Source: Octopus vulgaris
Taxonomy: Eukaryota
Length of the DNA: 64,000 bases
Reading direction: 5' to 3'
Assembly: GCA_951406725.2 (NCBI GenBank)
Contig: OX597814.1
Coordinates: 81,406,001 to 81,470,000 of the forward strand
Part shown: positions 37,808 through 48,700 of the stretch, piece by piece
Layout: every line of letters starts with the position of its first letter
Numbering within the stretch: the stretch's first letter is position 1
Position numbers and translations under genes: made by a program
Notes under the pieces: generated by a model
Told to the model about the DNA's origin: nothing
Seen by the model: the letters and a program-made list of their open reading frames with translations, nothing else
Database searches by the model: none

Positions 37808-38528
37808 AATTGGACGGTGTGAGAAAGGTGTATTTCTTTGCAATATCGTGAAGTCTTTCGAGAGAGGTTGTCTAGACACGGTTTTGATACCTCCCCCACA
37901 TGTCCGAGGTGCGGGGACGTCAGTGAAACTGTCGTGCACGCCTTCGTATGCTGTGAGGAGTTGAGGGAGTTGATAACCTATGTCGAACAACTGATGTCGG
38001 ATGCAGAGAGAGTACGACTCTCGACTGAGTCCATGATTAAGATCGTACCGCCTTCTTCCTTCAACAAGGAAAAGAAGGCATCCTTTTCTGGAAGAAACGG
38101 TATGGATGACACGAGCGAAAAAGCTTGGGACTGGTCACTTCATCTCCGGACACGGGTTGTTAAGTTATTTCAACTTCCACCTGTTGAGAAAGATCCGTCT
38201 GAAGAATAGGTGCCTGTCGCAAAGTACGTTCGGAAAAAGATGGATGTCTGTAGTAAGGAAGCTGAGGATGAACGGGGCTGTGCTAGCATAGCCAGTCAAG
38301 GCGAAAAGAAGGGAAAAAAAGAAAGAAAAAAGGAGAAAAAAACGGCGGGTTAACCATAAAAATAACCCGGAACATTATTTTATAAATTTTTAATTGTATA
38401 TAATTTTATTTCATCCTTTTATCCGATTCTTTTCCATTTCATTGTAACTCAAACCATTTGTAAGAATGTAAGTGTTTGTCTCTTGCAGTGCCCCCTCTAT
38501 GCATACCTTTATAGGTAAATAAAGAAAT
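37808..38528 (+). mobile_element. L1/Tx1-type LINE 3' fragment inserted in the hAT transposase
   Basis: ORF 37838-38209 has a zf-RVT CCHC (CPRCGDVSETVVHAFVCC); the 3' UTR ends in gtaaataaagaaa. Confidence 0.75.
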
Positions 38529-40031
38529 TCTGTCGGTCCCAGACTTTCTAAGGTCTAACCACAGACTATATTGCAGCGACCTCCATCTTCGTCGCCACCA
38601 CTGATGTCTCTCACCAACATCGTCAACATCTACACAGCACCAACACACTGCCCTAGTTCCTAAATCGCTGTTCGTGAGCTTCTCACCAGGGTTAACAGCT
38701 TACATACAACCCACGCAGATGCCTGTAGACATATATAAATGTACATCAACCACTTCCATTCGGCTTGCATGTAAATACGTGTGATCACAATAAGCAAGTT
38801 TAAAGTTACCATCTTGTGTTTTATATCTTCTTCATCTGGGTTTACTACCCCCACAACATAACAGCCTTCTGAGCGGAGTCTCATTAGATGATACAACAAC
38901 ATATAACATCTAAAAACTTATCAATTTTTACTTTCACCGAATGTTAATGTAGCACTGGATCGAATTTTCCAATCAGTTCCAGAAAATTTCCTTTATTTTC
39001 ATTTACCTTCTCAACTCGAATGTTTTCTCTATGGCCTCGTAAAGCTAGGTTTTGCTTAACAAGAAACATGATTATGTCCCAAGAATTATGTCAGGATTTG
39101 CTTCCGTTTCTTTGTTTCATTTTCAACAAGAGTATGTTGTTCTTTGTCTATTACCATGCCTTTGGAAAGGTGAATTTCTAGTTCCTTCCACTGAGTGAAC
39201 GCATTCTCATGCGCAGGGCTAGATTCATATTCTTGAATCTTAGTATTCAACTTCCACCAAGATTTGAAACTGAACAAAACTTTGAGTTTTCACTTGAAAA
39301 TAGCTTACAACAAAAACAAAACACGGCTTCTTTCGATGGAGAGTATATAAATCAAGTCCTCGAGATTTTTTCACCGTTTTGTAAAAGTTTGAAAAAAAAC
39401 AGTTTCTTGTCAGTCTTCTAGTCGCCCCTTTCAGTTTTTTTGTTTGTCCTGAACGCACAACTACTTTGAATTCACAGTCAATATTTTGCACAGCCTTCGT
39501 TCCTTGTTGTACAAGGATTTCCCGAATACCGTCACCGTGATTAAACTTAGCAGCCCACATCCCAATGTCTTTCAAATTAATATTAGAGTTTTGTTCTTCA
39601 GTAGTTTGTGATGGATCAGCATCGTCAACTTCATCTTCTATCTTCTTTTCAAGTTCCACTTCATTAACATCATTTCCATGACCTTCTACAGTAATACCAA
39701 TTTCGTCTGGACAGTCAGGTCTGATAAGAAATTTAATTATGGCACCTCCATTTTGCTCTTCTTCTTCTCTCGTTACTTTTTTTTTTTTTTCTTCGAAATG
39801 CTGCACCGCTGTCCTTAATTCATTTCATCCCGAATTATATCAGTGATATCGTAAATATATACAAATAAAACCAATTAGAGTATAGACCAACCTAAAAAAT
39901 AATCAACTTTCTGAATATCACCGACACACTGTCGTATCCAGTAACACACAATATTATTGTATTAACAATATTATAATGTATATTACACAATACAAGTTTA
40001 CTGATGATAAATTTAACTTTTAAGGAAATCT

Positions 40032-40442
40032 CGATCTTTTCGGTTTGAACGGCAGTTTTTTCTAGCGGTGTCATATGAAATTGTCACCCATAATTATGAC
40101 CCTAGAATCGATCTATTGCATTTCAATCTCTTTAGCGTTAGGGTTAGGGGTGGGGGAGGGGTATCTTTTTTTCTTCAGAAATGTAAATAAACCCAATCTG
40201 TTTCTTAAACGAGCGACATATTCATACGGCACAGAATGCTTTTTAACTCAATAGACGTCACTGATTGGTTGAAATTGCAGAAATTGAAGAAAAAAACAAC
40301 AAATATTTTACAAACTATAGAATTTTCACAATAAAGCCAAGAGAAAAAGATGTTTTATAAGCACATTCTACAAGTATACGAAATTTAAAATTTTTTAGTT
40401 ACCTAGAAATTTTAAAAACTGCTGTTCAAACCGAAAAGATCC
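40032..40442. mobile_element. MITE, Merlin-like, inserted in the hAT 5' region
   Basis: ~24-bp TIRs gatcttttcggtttgaacggcag / ctgctgttcaaaccgaaaagatcc; TSD ggaaatct / ggaaattt; internal ttagggttagggg. Confidence 0.8.
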
Positions 40443-41668
40443 GGAAATTTTAATAGCTACTATACATTATTAAAGTCTATAACATTTATACTGCATCTAT
40501 TATTGATATAATACAAATAAATTGTGCCACCCGGGGCGGACCTCCCTCCCCACTACCCTCTTGGTACGCCACTCGCTTACATCACTGGGATTGCTGGAAT
40601 ATCGCCCTTATCGTAAGCACATAACTTTTATGTAACTCAAGTTTAACAAGTTTTGGTTCAATGTATATTAAAACGTGCTAAAAACATGTATGTTAGTCTT
40701 GTGAAAAATTTCCATTTGTTGAACCAAAAGCAACGTATTATTTATAATCTACTATCATGAAATATTGCCAAGTTTTATACAGTAAACATAACGGAAAACG
40801 TACACATGAAATGTGAAGCCATGGATAACTTAAACACCTGGTCGCCTCATATGTGGTAATTTATCAATTCATTAAGAACAATAATTGGAGAATGTTCTAT
40901 TTAGCAATATATGACGACGAGTAATATATGTCAAGAAATGTAGTATCGTAATATGCTTCAAATAAAAGGTTATTTTAGATTTTAGTTGGAACTGCTAGGT
41001 TTCCTGCTCTGGAAGAGCCTGAGTAAATAATTCATAGTTATGTAACACAGTTGGGTACTTGATACTGTTATGACTCGAAACCAACATGTTACAGGAGAGT
41101 GTTTTAAAAGACTCCAAAGTTATATAAAACCGACCAACATCGAAACAAATTTGTCTACAGACTTCAATCGAAGCTTTAAATAAAAATATAGAGTTGGTAA
41201 AGGATAGTTTCTCCCATATATCTATTACAACAGACACTTTGAAATTCTGAATAGAATACTTATTTTCTTTATCGTATTTCTCTTCAGGTTTGAGATTTTA
41301 AGTTTGAGAGTATAGATTTAGGTTTGTGTACGGGGTGTTGTGGGGGGGGGGTATTGGTGTCAAATGGTTTAAGGGCGTTCGTTGGTGTTTCTTTAATGTT
41401 AAGATCAGATTCAATGAAATGTTATTTTATGTGGTTTCGTTCATTTCAACATTGGTAGCGAAAAATAGAAGATATAAGGTAATTGGTAAATGAACGAGTA
41501 AAGGAAAGACTTCTGAAATAAATTTATTCAGCTTCTCAAAGCGTGTAGCTTTCATCCTCCTTTTGCGTCTCCAACTTAGAAGCCTACTATTCTTGAGAGA
41601 CAGTATGGGCAAAAGCGCTAATGCGTTTTAAATTAATAAATGCTATAAGTATTCTAAACTCTCACACA

Positions 41669-41682
41669 GCTCCCCCCCCCCC
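41669..41682 (-). promoter_or_regulatory. Polypurine tract
   Basis: G11-AGC immediately followed by TGTG, downstream of the integrase. Confidence 0.75.
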
Positions 41683-41692
41683 GATCTACAGA

Positions 41693-44558
41693 TCACTGAA
41701 CTAGCTTTCTCACTCGCTCCCGAACTCGCACCTTAAATGGTTTCATAATCAGCCAACCAGGGAGGAGGGTGCCGTTCCCTCTGTGGTCGCAGTGCGACCC
41801 TAGGACTTTTCCTGGTATGTTGCTTCTGGCCTCATCATCCTGTCTACTGGTGTTGTTTTCATCTTGCCCACTGCTGCTGGTCCCATCCTCTGAGGCATGG
41901 ACAATCCTCCGTATATCCAAAACGTGGCGTGGGATACCATCGACCGAGATATTATTCTTTGAATTTACAGAGGTTATTGTCCCCTTTCCCCATTGTGATG
42001 TACACCGTGCGTTTGGGAGTTTTACCCAGACTTCCTCCCCGACCTGCACGAAGGCGTGCTCTTCCTCTGCCCCGGGTCGCATTGATGTAGTACACGGATG
42101 CCTCCACTCGTACCTGAATATTGCCCTGTGTGACACCGACTCCTCAGCCTGTCCTGATCTGGGCGACATATTGTACCAAAATACGGCCTCGATTGGTGAA
42201 ATGTGACCCCTCTCTGCGATGGTCTTGATGGTACGATGATGCCTTTCCACCACCCCATTTCCACTTGGCCGGTATGCCGCCCTGAAGAAGCGGTTGACCT
42301 TCCACTCATCAAGCATTTCTTTCAGCACCTCCCAGCGAAATGCAGTGCCATTGTCCAGAAGCAGTTCATCCACGGGGCCTCGTTCCAGGAATATCTCATT
42401 CAACACTTTCACAATTTCTTCTGCGGTCCCCGTCTTCATCTCCCTCCATATGGCCAACCGCCCCGGTCCGCAGTCAACCATTGAGAGGTATGTCCCCTGC
42501 CGGTAGTGTGTTATATCCACCGCCAGTCGTTTCCAGTCATGGTCCACTGGAATACTTCCCGCTTCATGTACGACCGGAGCAGGGTCGATGGACTGGCACC
42601 TGTCACAACTGCTAACCACTCTCTGCACGCTCTGCCTTGTTACGTCGGAGTCAACTTTTCTGGCTAGGAAGAATGTCCTGTCCACACCCATGTGATGCAT
42701 GGTGTGCAGTCTCCGCAACTCCGAGTCGCTCAGACGGCATACTGCAGCTACAGCCTGCTTCGCATCCTCTGGCACCTGCAACCAGGCTCGCTTTACCCTG
42801 GTCAGGACGTCTGCCTTGTTCTCGGAAGGCACAAAGATCACGCTCAGCTTCAGATTGAACTCAGTGGTTAGTTCACGCAGTATTCCCAATCGACGCTTTA
42901 CCAGCATCTCTGGAGCCCCTTTGGTCCGCACCCTCCGCTCATCGGTGATGACTGCTGTCGCCCAACCTAGTACAGTGGCCGAATCAGTCCTGATTGATAT
43001 GATTGCAGTCATCCATCTTCCTGAGCCAGGCTGCATCTTCCACCATGACACCTCCCACTTCTAAGACAACCCCTATTGCGATGCTACTGGCGTCACACCA
43101 TACAATCCCGCTCTTTGATTTGAAAACATACCAGCTGCCCCTCACTGGGTCCTCTGCTCCTACTCTGACCAAGACTTCCTGCATCATGTCGATCGTCCTC
43201 TCCCCCACTCTATCATTCCACTTCACTCCTTCGGCTCGTCTCTTGATGAAGCTACATACTGTTCGGAGCCAACCTGCAATCGGGTAATGTCCCACCAGCT
43301 TCCCACACACAGAGAACAATTCCCGTCTACTCATGCTGGCGCCCAGTTCAGGGACCTCATTCCCTCGCCGGAACACCAACGCGCCGGCCTTGTCTCTCCA
43401 TAGCTTGAGGCCCAGTGCAGCACCTCCTTCCAGTGCCTCTGGCGGCTTGGCGATCAGTCCAAAACTCTTCAGGTGGCCTATGACTTCCGTTGCTGGTATC
43501 ACGGTTTCATCCACCAGAATGTCATCGATGTACGAATTGGTGGCCCTTTTTACTCTGTCCACCTTCCCCAGGATGGCATTGAGAATTGTTGCCATAATCT
43601 TTGGCGCTGAATTCAGCCCGAATCCCAACCTGGTCAGACAGTACGTCCGGCCCTTATACCTGACGAGTTGGTACTTCCATAATTTCTCAGCCACATGCAC
43701 CTGTAGGTATGCCGACTTCAAATCAACAATCGTGGAGGCCCCCGTCATCTGCCTCCACTCTCGCAAGGTGTCTCCGCAGACATCCGTGGCCTCGCCACCT
43801 GTATGACACGACACGTGGTCATTCAGCTCTCGGAAGTCAAGCGCTGGCCTGACCTTATGCTTTGTGGGCTGTATCACCGCCATCAGTGGCAGGACTCCGC
43901 TCTCTTCTTTTTCCCAAGGGATCAATATGCCCTCCTTAATCCACCGCTCCCCCTCCCCCTCGAACTCACTTCTGGCATCTCCTTTTAGAGTATGCTGATA
44001 GCAGCCCACTTTATTCTTTAACATCGGGGGCTCTCCCTTCCAGTGCCACTCCACTGTCCACCTCTTGCCATCAAAGACAGCCCGAAAATCCTAGTCTTCA
44101 ATGGTGTGCGCAGCATCCTTTTCCTCACGGTTGTCGCCGGTGCATGGTCTCGCCCTACACGGTTTCCCCGCTAACCCAAACGTTACACCAGCCTCGTTAA
44201 CGGTGACACCTCCCAAGCGGGTGATTGCATCCATCCCCATCACCACGTCAATCTCGTCCACCAAGTGACCAACCACAATCGCTTGCAACGCCAGCTGTAG
44301 TCCCTGCACTACAATCTGCGCATCTGTAACCCCTTCGCAGTGTACTTCTCTTCCGTCGACAGCCCTAACACTGCTTCCTCCACTCCACGTCTCTGCCACT
44401 TCTGTAGTCATCAGGGTCGTTGTACAGCCCGTGTCCACAAGGGCTCGCGACATCTTCCCCTCCACCAGAATGTCGACCACAGGTAGCGATGATAAACGCG
44501 CCTCTACTGATCCAAAGGGACAACTACCGGCGCAGTAGTCTCCCGCAATCCGTTTCCC
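41693..44558 (-). pseudogene. pol: Gypsy Pol (PR-RT-RNaseH-IN), inactivated
   Basis: PR ALVDTG; RT DLKSAYLQ, LGFGLNSAP, YIDD; RNaseH WCDAS; IN HHCC plus VDIT/LDNG/GVVERHH. In-frame TAG at 44091-44093 and a frameshifting deletion in RNaseH near 42992. Confidence 0.9.
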
Positions 44559-45256
44559 CGCAGACACTCGCTGGCTATATGCCCCGGCTCTCGACACCGG
44601 TAGCAAATCACCTCAGGCTTGGGTGACACGCAGTCACGCACCATGTGTGGACCTTGGCACCGGAAACACTGTCCTTTGAACGGTCGCACATGTTCTTTCT
44701 TTAGCCCCTCTCCGCTGCTCCTAGCTGGGCCACTTTTCGACGTTGCAGTCGCTGCTACCGACGTCATCCTGCTGCACGAAACTAGTACGCGTGCCCGAGA
44801 TATGATCGGCATCGAATGCACATTCGGAAGCTTCTGTAGCTCGACCGACATGTTGTCGGGAAAGCCAGTCACGAACGCCAACCTAACCGTCCGGTCCAGC
44901 GACTCTCCCTCGTAACTCGCCAGTTTAGCCAGTCTTCTAAGTTCATTGGCAAACACGTCCACCTGTTGCCCAGTCCATCTCGTTCTACCCAGGCAAGCGT
45001 ATGCCTCGAACATTCCCTCCGCAAAGGTCTCTATCAACCGGATTTCTACTTTCTCCGCGCTGAGTTGGTCCGTCTCCTCCATCTCTAAATACAACGCCAA
45101 CGCCGGGCCATCCAAGTACAGCGGCATGAAGCTCGCCAGGTCACCTATACCATGGAGCTTCGCCACCAACTTCACTTTCTTCAACCAAGCGACCACATCT
45201 GTGTCGCCGCAAAACGGTGTTATAAATTCGTGCGAAACACGGGCACTCTTCATCAT
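44504..45256 (-). CDS. gag: Gypsy Gag with two zinc knuckles
   Basis: 250-aa open frame with CFRCQGPHMVRDC and CYRCREPGHIASEC. Confidence 0.9.
   Translation of the reverse strand: MMKSARVSHEFITPFCGDTDVVAWLKKVKLVAKLHGIGDLASFMPLYLDGPALALYLEMEETDQLSAEKVEIRLIETFAEGMFEAYACLGRTRWTGQQVDVFANELRRLAKLASYEGESLDRTVRLAFVTGFPDNMSVELQKLPNVHSMPIISRARVLVSCSRMTSVAATATSKSGPARSSGEGLKKEHVRPFKGQCFRCQGPHMVRDCVSPKPEVICYRCREPGHIASECLRGNGLRETTAPVVVPLDQ
44517..44558 (-). promoter_or_regulatory. -1 programmed ribosomal frameshift signal
   Basis: In-frame slippery heptamer G_GGA_AAC (44558-44552), a 7-nt spacer, then stem-loop GGGAGACTACT..GGTAGTTGTCCC; the protease lies in the -1 frame. Confidence 0.8.
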
Positions 45257-45284
45257 TTTTATTTATAAAACCGATTGTTTATAT

Positions 45285-45296
45285 GCCGAAATAGCT
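45285..45296 (-). promoter_or_regulatory. Non-canonical primer-binding site, complementary to nt 1-12 of tRNA-Phe(GAA)
   Basis: AGCTATTTCGGC directly abuts the LTR end. Its complement GCCGAAATAGCT is the 5' end of metazoan tRNA-Phe (GCCGAAAUAGCUCAG...). No TGG is present. Confidence 0.75.
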
Positions 45297-45575
45297 TGTG
45301 GTGTGAACGATGAAAGAGGACAACAGAAAAAAGGAGAATGGAAATATAATTAGGCCTTACCTCGGCGAAGATTAGTCTACCGAAAACTCAGCGAAGTTCA
45401 GATCTCTCTCAGCCAGCTCGATACGTCTTGTGTCTTCGTCGTCTCAGCTGCAACTGCTGCCTCCTCGATGTCACACGTGCGTCGTCCCTCGCCGCTTCCG
45501 CTTCCTGCCGCGCATGCGCCCTGCAAGCCCTACTTCCGCCCTCCCCTATCTGTCATCCTCTCAACCGACACCACA
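45297..45575 (-). repeat. 5' LTR (279 bp)
   Basis: Bounded by 7-bp inverted termini TGTGGTG...CACCACA immediately upstream of gag; TGTG also follows the PPT at the other end. Confidence 0.8.
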
Positions 45576-46030
45576 ATGTAGACTACGATTATATTGGAAT
45601 TTGATGTAAAAAAATTTTCACAGAAAGGAGTTTCGGATAATTCTCGCGAATTGGCTTCGTTTCTTCATAACTTTCAGAAAAAAAAAATCGAATAGTTTTA
45701 AATGAAATTTTCTGCAAACACCTTTCAGATGATGTAGATGACGATTATATCGGAATTTAATGTAGAAAAAAATTAGGGAATGTGCACACATACACATTGA
45801 CACCATCTGAAAGGTATTAGTAGAAAATTTAATTTTAAAATACCTTTTTTTTTTTTTGCATGTGAATTATCTGAAACTTGTCTACCCTCTCCGAAACTTT
45901 TTTCACATCAAATTCCCATATAATCATCATCTACACCATCTGAAAGATATTTGTAGAAAATTTCATTGAAAAATATTCATTTCACTCTAAAAGTTATGAG
46001 AAAACGAAGTCAGAGGATTGGTGCACATTA
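45576..46030. mobile_element. Unclassified non-autonomous element with direct and inverted subrepeats (target of the Gypsy insertion)
   Basis: atgtagatgacgattatat(c/t)ggaattt(g/a)atg occurs twice, with inverted catcaaattcccatataatcatcatctacaccatctgaaag. Confidence 0.5.
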
Positions 46031-46607
46031 GTATAAGTATGCCCAAAATTAAATGTATAAAATGTACATAGAATTTCCTGTCTCATGTTCAGACCTTGAG
46101 CGAGAGTCTTCTACAATAGTCTCAAAACTATTATCACCTTTTGAGTGAAAGTTGATGGGCGGAAATTGTTCGAAAGCCTGTCGCGTGCTTGTATATAAAC
46201 GTATGAGTGCGAGTGTCCGTCTCCTTGTCAACTTACATTTCTTTTGTTTATGTTCCATAGCTTAGCGGCTCAGTCAAGCGATCAATCAGTAAAACCAGAC
46301 TTAAAAATTAGTTCTGGGGTTACTATGATCGAACAAACCCTTGAAGTGGTGCCTCAACATGACTGCAACCAGTTAAAGGATACATATGCAACTGTAGTTG
46401 TGGTTGTTGTTGAGAACTATGATTATTTGGTCTGACTGTGTACTGCTCCCTAATAAAACCAATCACAGGATTTCTTTAACATGTTCATTTAGAGACTGAT
46501 ACAACAATTGTTACTTTACAAAAAGTTGTTATGCTGAATATTGGAAGCAAGAACACGAGAATGTATGCTTGGTAAAAGGAGAGAATGTTGTATCTTAATA
46601 GATTTAT

Positions 46608-47434
46608 ATATATATTTCGGGATCTTTTCCTTTTAAACGGCACTTTGTAACATAATTTCTAGGTAACTAAAAAGTTTTAAACTTCGTATACTGGTAGAAT
46701 CTGTTTATAAAACATCATTTTCTCTTGGCTTTATTGAGAAAATTCTATAGGTTGTAACATATTTCGTCTAAAATTTCTTGCATTTCGGCAATTTTAACCA
46801 ATCAATTACCTCCATTGACGTAAATAACATTCTGTGCATAATAAATATGTCCCTCCTTTAAGAAACAGATTGGGTTTATCTATATTTGTGAAGAAAAAAA
46901 GATACCCTTACCCTAACCCTAACCAACGCTAACTCTAACCCTAAATCTAAAATAGATTGAAATGCAATAGATCGATACTAGGGCCATAATTATGGGTGAC
47001 ATTTTCATTTGACCCCGCTAGAAAAAAATCCCATTTTCCATAGCAGTGTCGTATGAAATTGTCACCCATAATTATAACCCTAGTATCGATCTATTGCATT
47101 TCAATCTATTTTAGATTTAGAGTTAGGGGTGGGGGAAGGGTATCTTTTTTCTTCACAAATGTAAATAAACCCAATCTGTTTCTTAAAGGAGGGACATATT
47201 CATTATGCACAGAATGTTATTTACGTCAATGGAGGTAAAATTGGTTAAAATTGCCGAAATGCAAGAAATTTTAGATGAAATATGTTACAACCTATAGAAT
47301 TTTCTCAATAAAGCCAAGAGAAAATGATGTTTTATAAACAGATTCTACCAGTATATGAAGTTTAAAACTTTTTAGTTACCTAGAAATTATGTTACAAAGT
47401 GCCGTTCAAAAGGAAAAGATCCCGAAATATATAT
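46608..47434. repeat. ~830-bp near-perfect palindrome made of two head-to-head copies of the 40.0-40.4 kb MITE
   Basis: Left arm 46608-~47020 is the reverse complement of right arm ~47045-47434; both arms align to 40060-40442. Confidence 0.9.
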
Positions 47435-47469
47435 TTCTCTGGACTGCCACGTTAGTTTGGCAATAAATG

Positions 47470-47522
<53 letters not shown>

Positions 47523-48277
47523 CATACATACTTACATATATACATACGTACATATATATGCCATCTCCCATTGCATTCCTTTTCTAGATTGTACCTGTTT
47601 ACATACAATGTCTCCGTTATACCTACAGTCATTTGACTGTCAACCATACAATGGGTTGTGTTAGACGCAGTGTCAACTGCTGCAAAGGAGAGTATATCCA
47701 CTGACAGCTTTTCAATGCATTCAAAAATCATATACACCCCACACCCAATTTCCCATGACAGATTAGGGCCTGGAATCCTCCAAATGGACGTATGACATGT
47801 CACTTAGTCGAATTAACCCATCATTTACTCTATAAATGTTTTGTTGTCAATGCTGCACTTTCCTGTATCACTTGTTTCAACATAACTTTAATATATATAC
47901 AAACTATGCCATTGTAATTCCAAGCAATGCCAGGTATCTCTGTTAGTGCTTATAAGACAAGATTTTTTTGCACAAAGTCAGAGCAGCATGGCCACCAGCT
48001 AACGAAGATAATCTTCACAAGTCTTCCGATGCCTTTGAATTGTATTTCTTGTGCCTCTCAACTTATAACTATGATTTGGCATGAAACTGCATGGAATTTT
48101 CCATTAATCTTAACACCACACAAATGTGCCAGAACAACAATTGCCTGAAATATGGATCAAGATCCCGTGATAAGGAAAATTGCTGCCAAATATGGAAACA
48201 ATATGCTGTAGCTTTTTCTCATTACTGAACTGACAGGGTTTTGAATGCTGAGGACTACTACACAACTGTATAATCTT

Positions 48278-48299
<22 letters not shown>

Positions 48300-48308
<9 letters not shown>

Positions 48309-48700
48309 TGTAAAAATAGCCACACATACACACACACACACACATAAAAATATAGCCCCACACACACACACATAAAAATATATCCATCACACACACGCAC
48401 ATAAAAATATACCCACATACATATACAGATAAAAATATAACCACACGCACTCATAAAAGTATAGCCACAGTCATAAAAATATGACCACACACAGTCATAA
48501 AAATATGGCCACACACACTCATAAAAGTATAGCCACAGTCATAAAAATATGGCCACACACAGTCATAAAAATATGGCCACACACACACTCATAAAAGTAT
48601 AGCCACAGTCATAAAAATATGACCACACACAATCATAAAAATATGGCCACACACACTCATAAAAATATAGCCACATACAAACACACACACAAACACACAC
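48300..48700. repeat. Minisatellite, ~20-26 bp units (cataaaaatatggccacacacagt variants)
   Basis: Read directly; graded transition out of (CA)n. Confidence 0.85.

Larger units (their letters stand above)
37153..40575 (-). mobile_element. hAT DNA transposon (ZMYM1/DUF4371-type transposase pseudogene) with nested inserts
   Basis: 13-bp TIRs cgagtggcgtacc / ggtacgccactcg; subterminal ccggggcgga; TTF zinc finger YSPSKEAVFCFCCKLF, QNLALRGHRE, and hATC dimerisation ORF 37395-37808 (CERSFTKLTLIKN..LAILSIE). Confidence 0.85.
41665..45575 (-). mobile_element. Ty3/Gypsy LTR retrotransposon, compact (~3.9 kb), 3' LTR lost
   Basis: Order is 5' LTR, PBS, gag, PR, RT, RNaseH, IN, PPT; GC-rich compared with its flanks. 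Confidence 0.95.

Noticed and set aside
44091-44093. TAG between PR and RT as programmed read-through
   Set aside because: No read-through context; the programmed recoding site is the upstream -1 frameshift, so a nonsense mutation is more likely.
41769-45353. Plus-strand ORFs overlapping the Gypsy element
   Set aside because: Antisense shadows of GC-rich gag/pol with no recognisable domains.
48150-48212. DPVIRKIAAKYG resembling an aldo-keto reductase segment
   Set aside because: Too short, closed by a stop, and lacks splice signals or other exons.
48300-48700. CRISPR-like regularly spaced repeats
   Set aside because: No unique spacers; it is a eukaryotic minisatellite.
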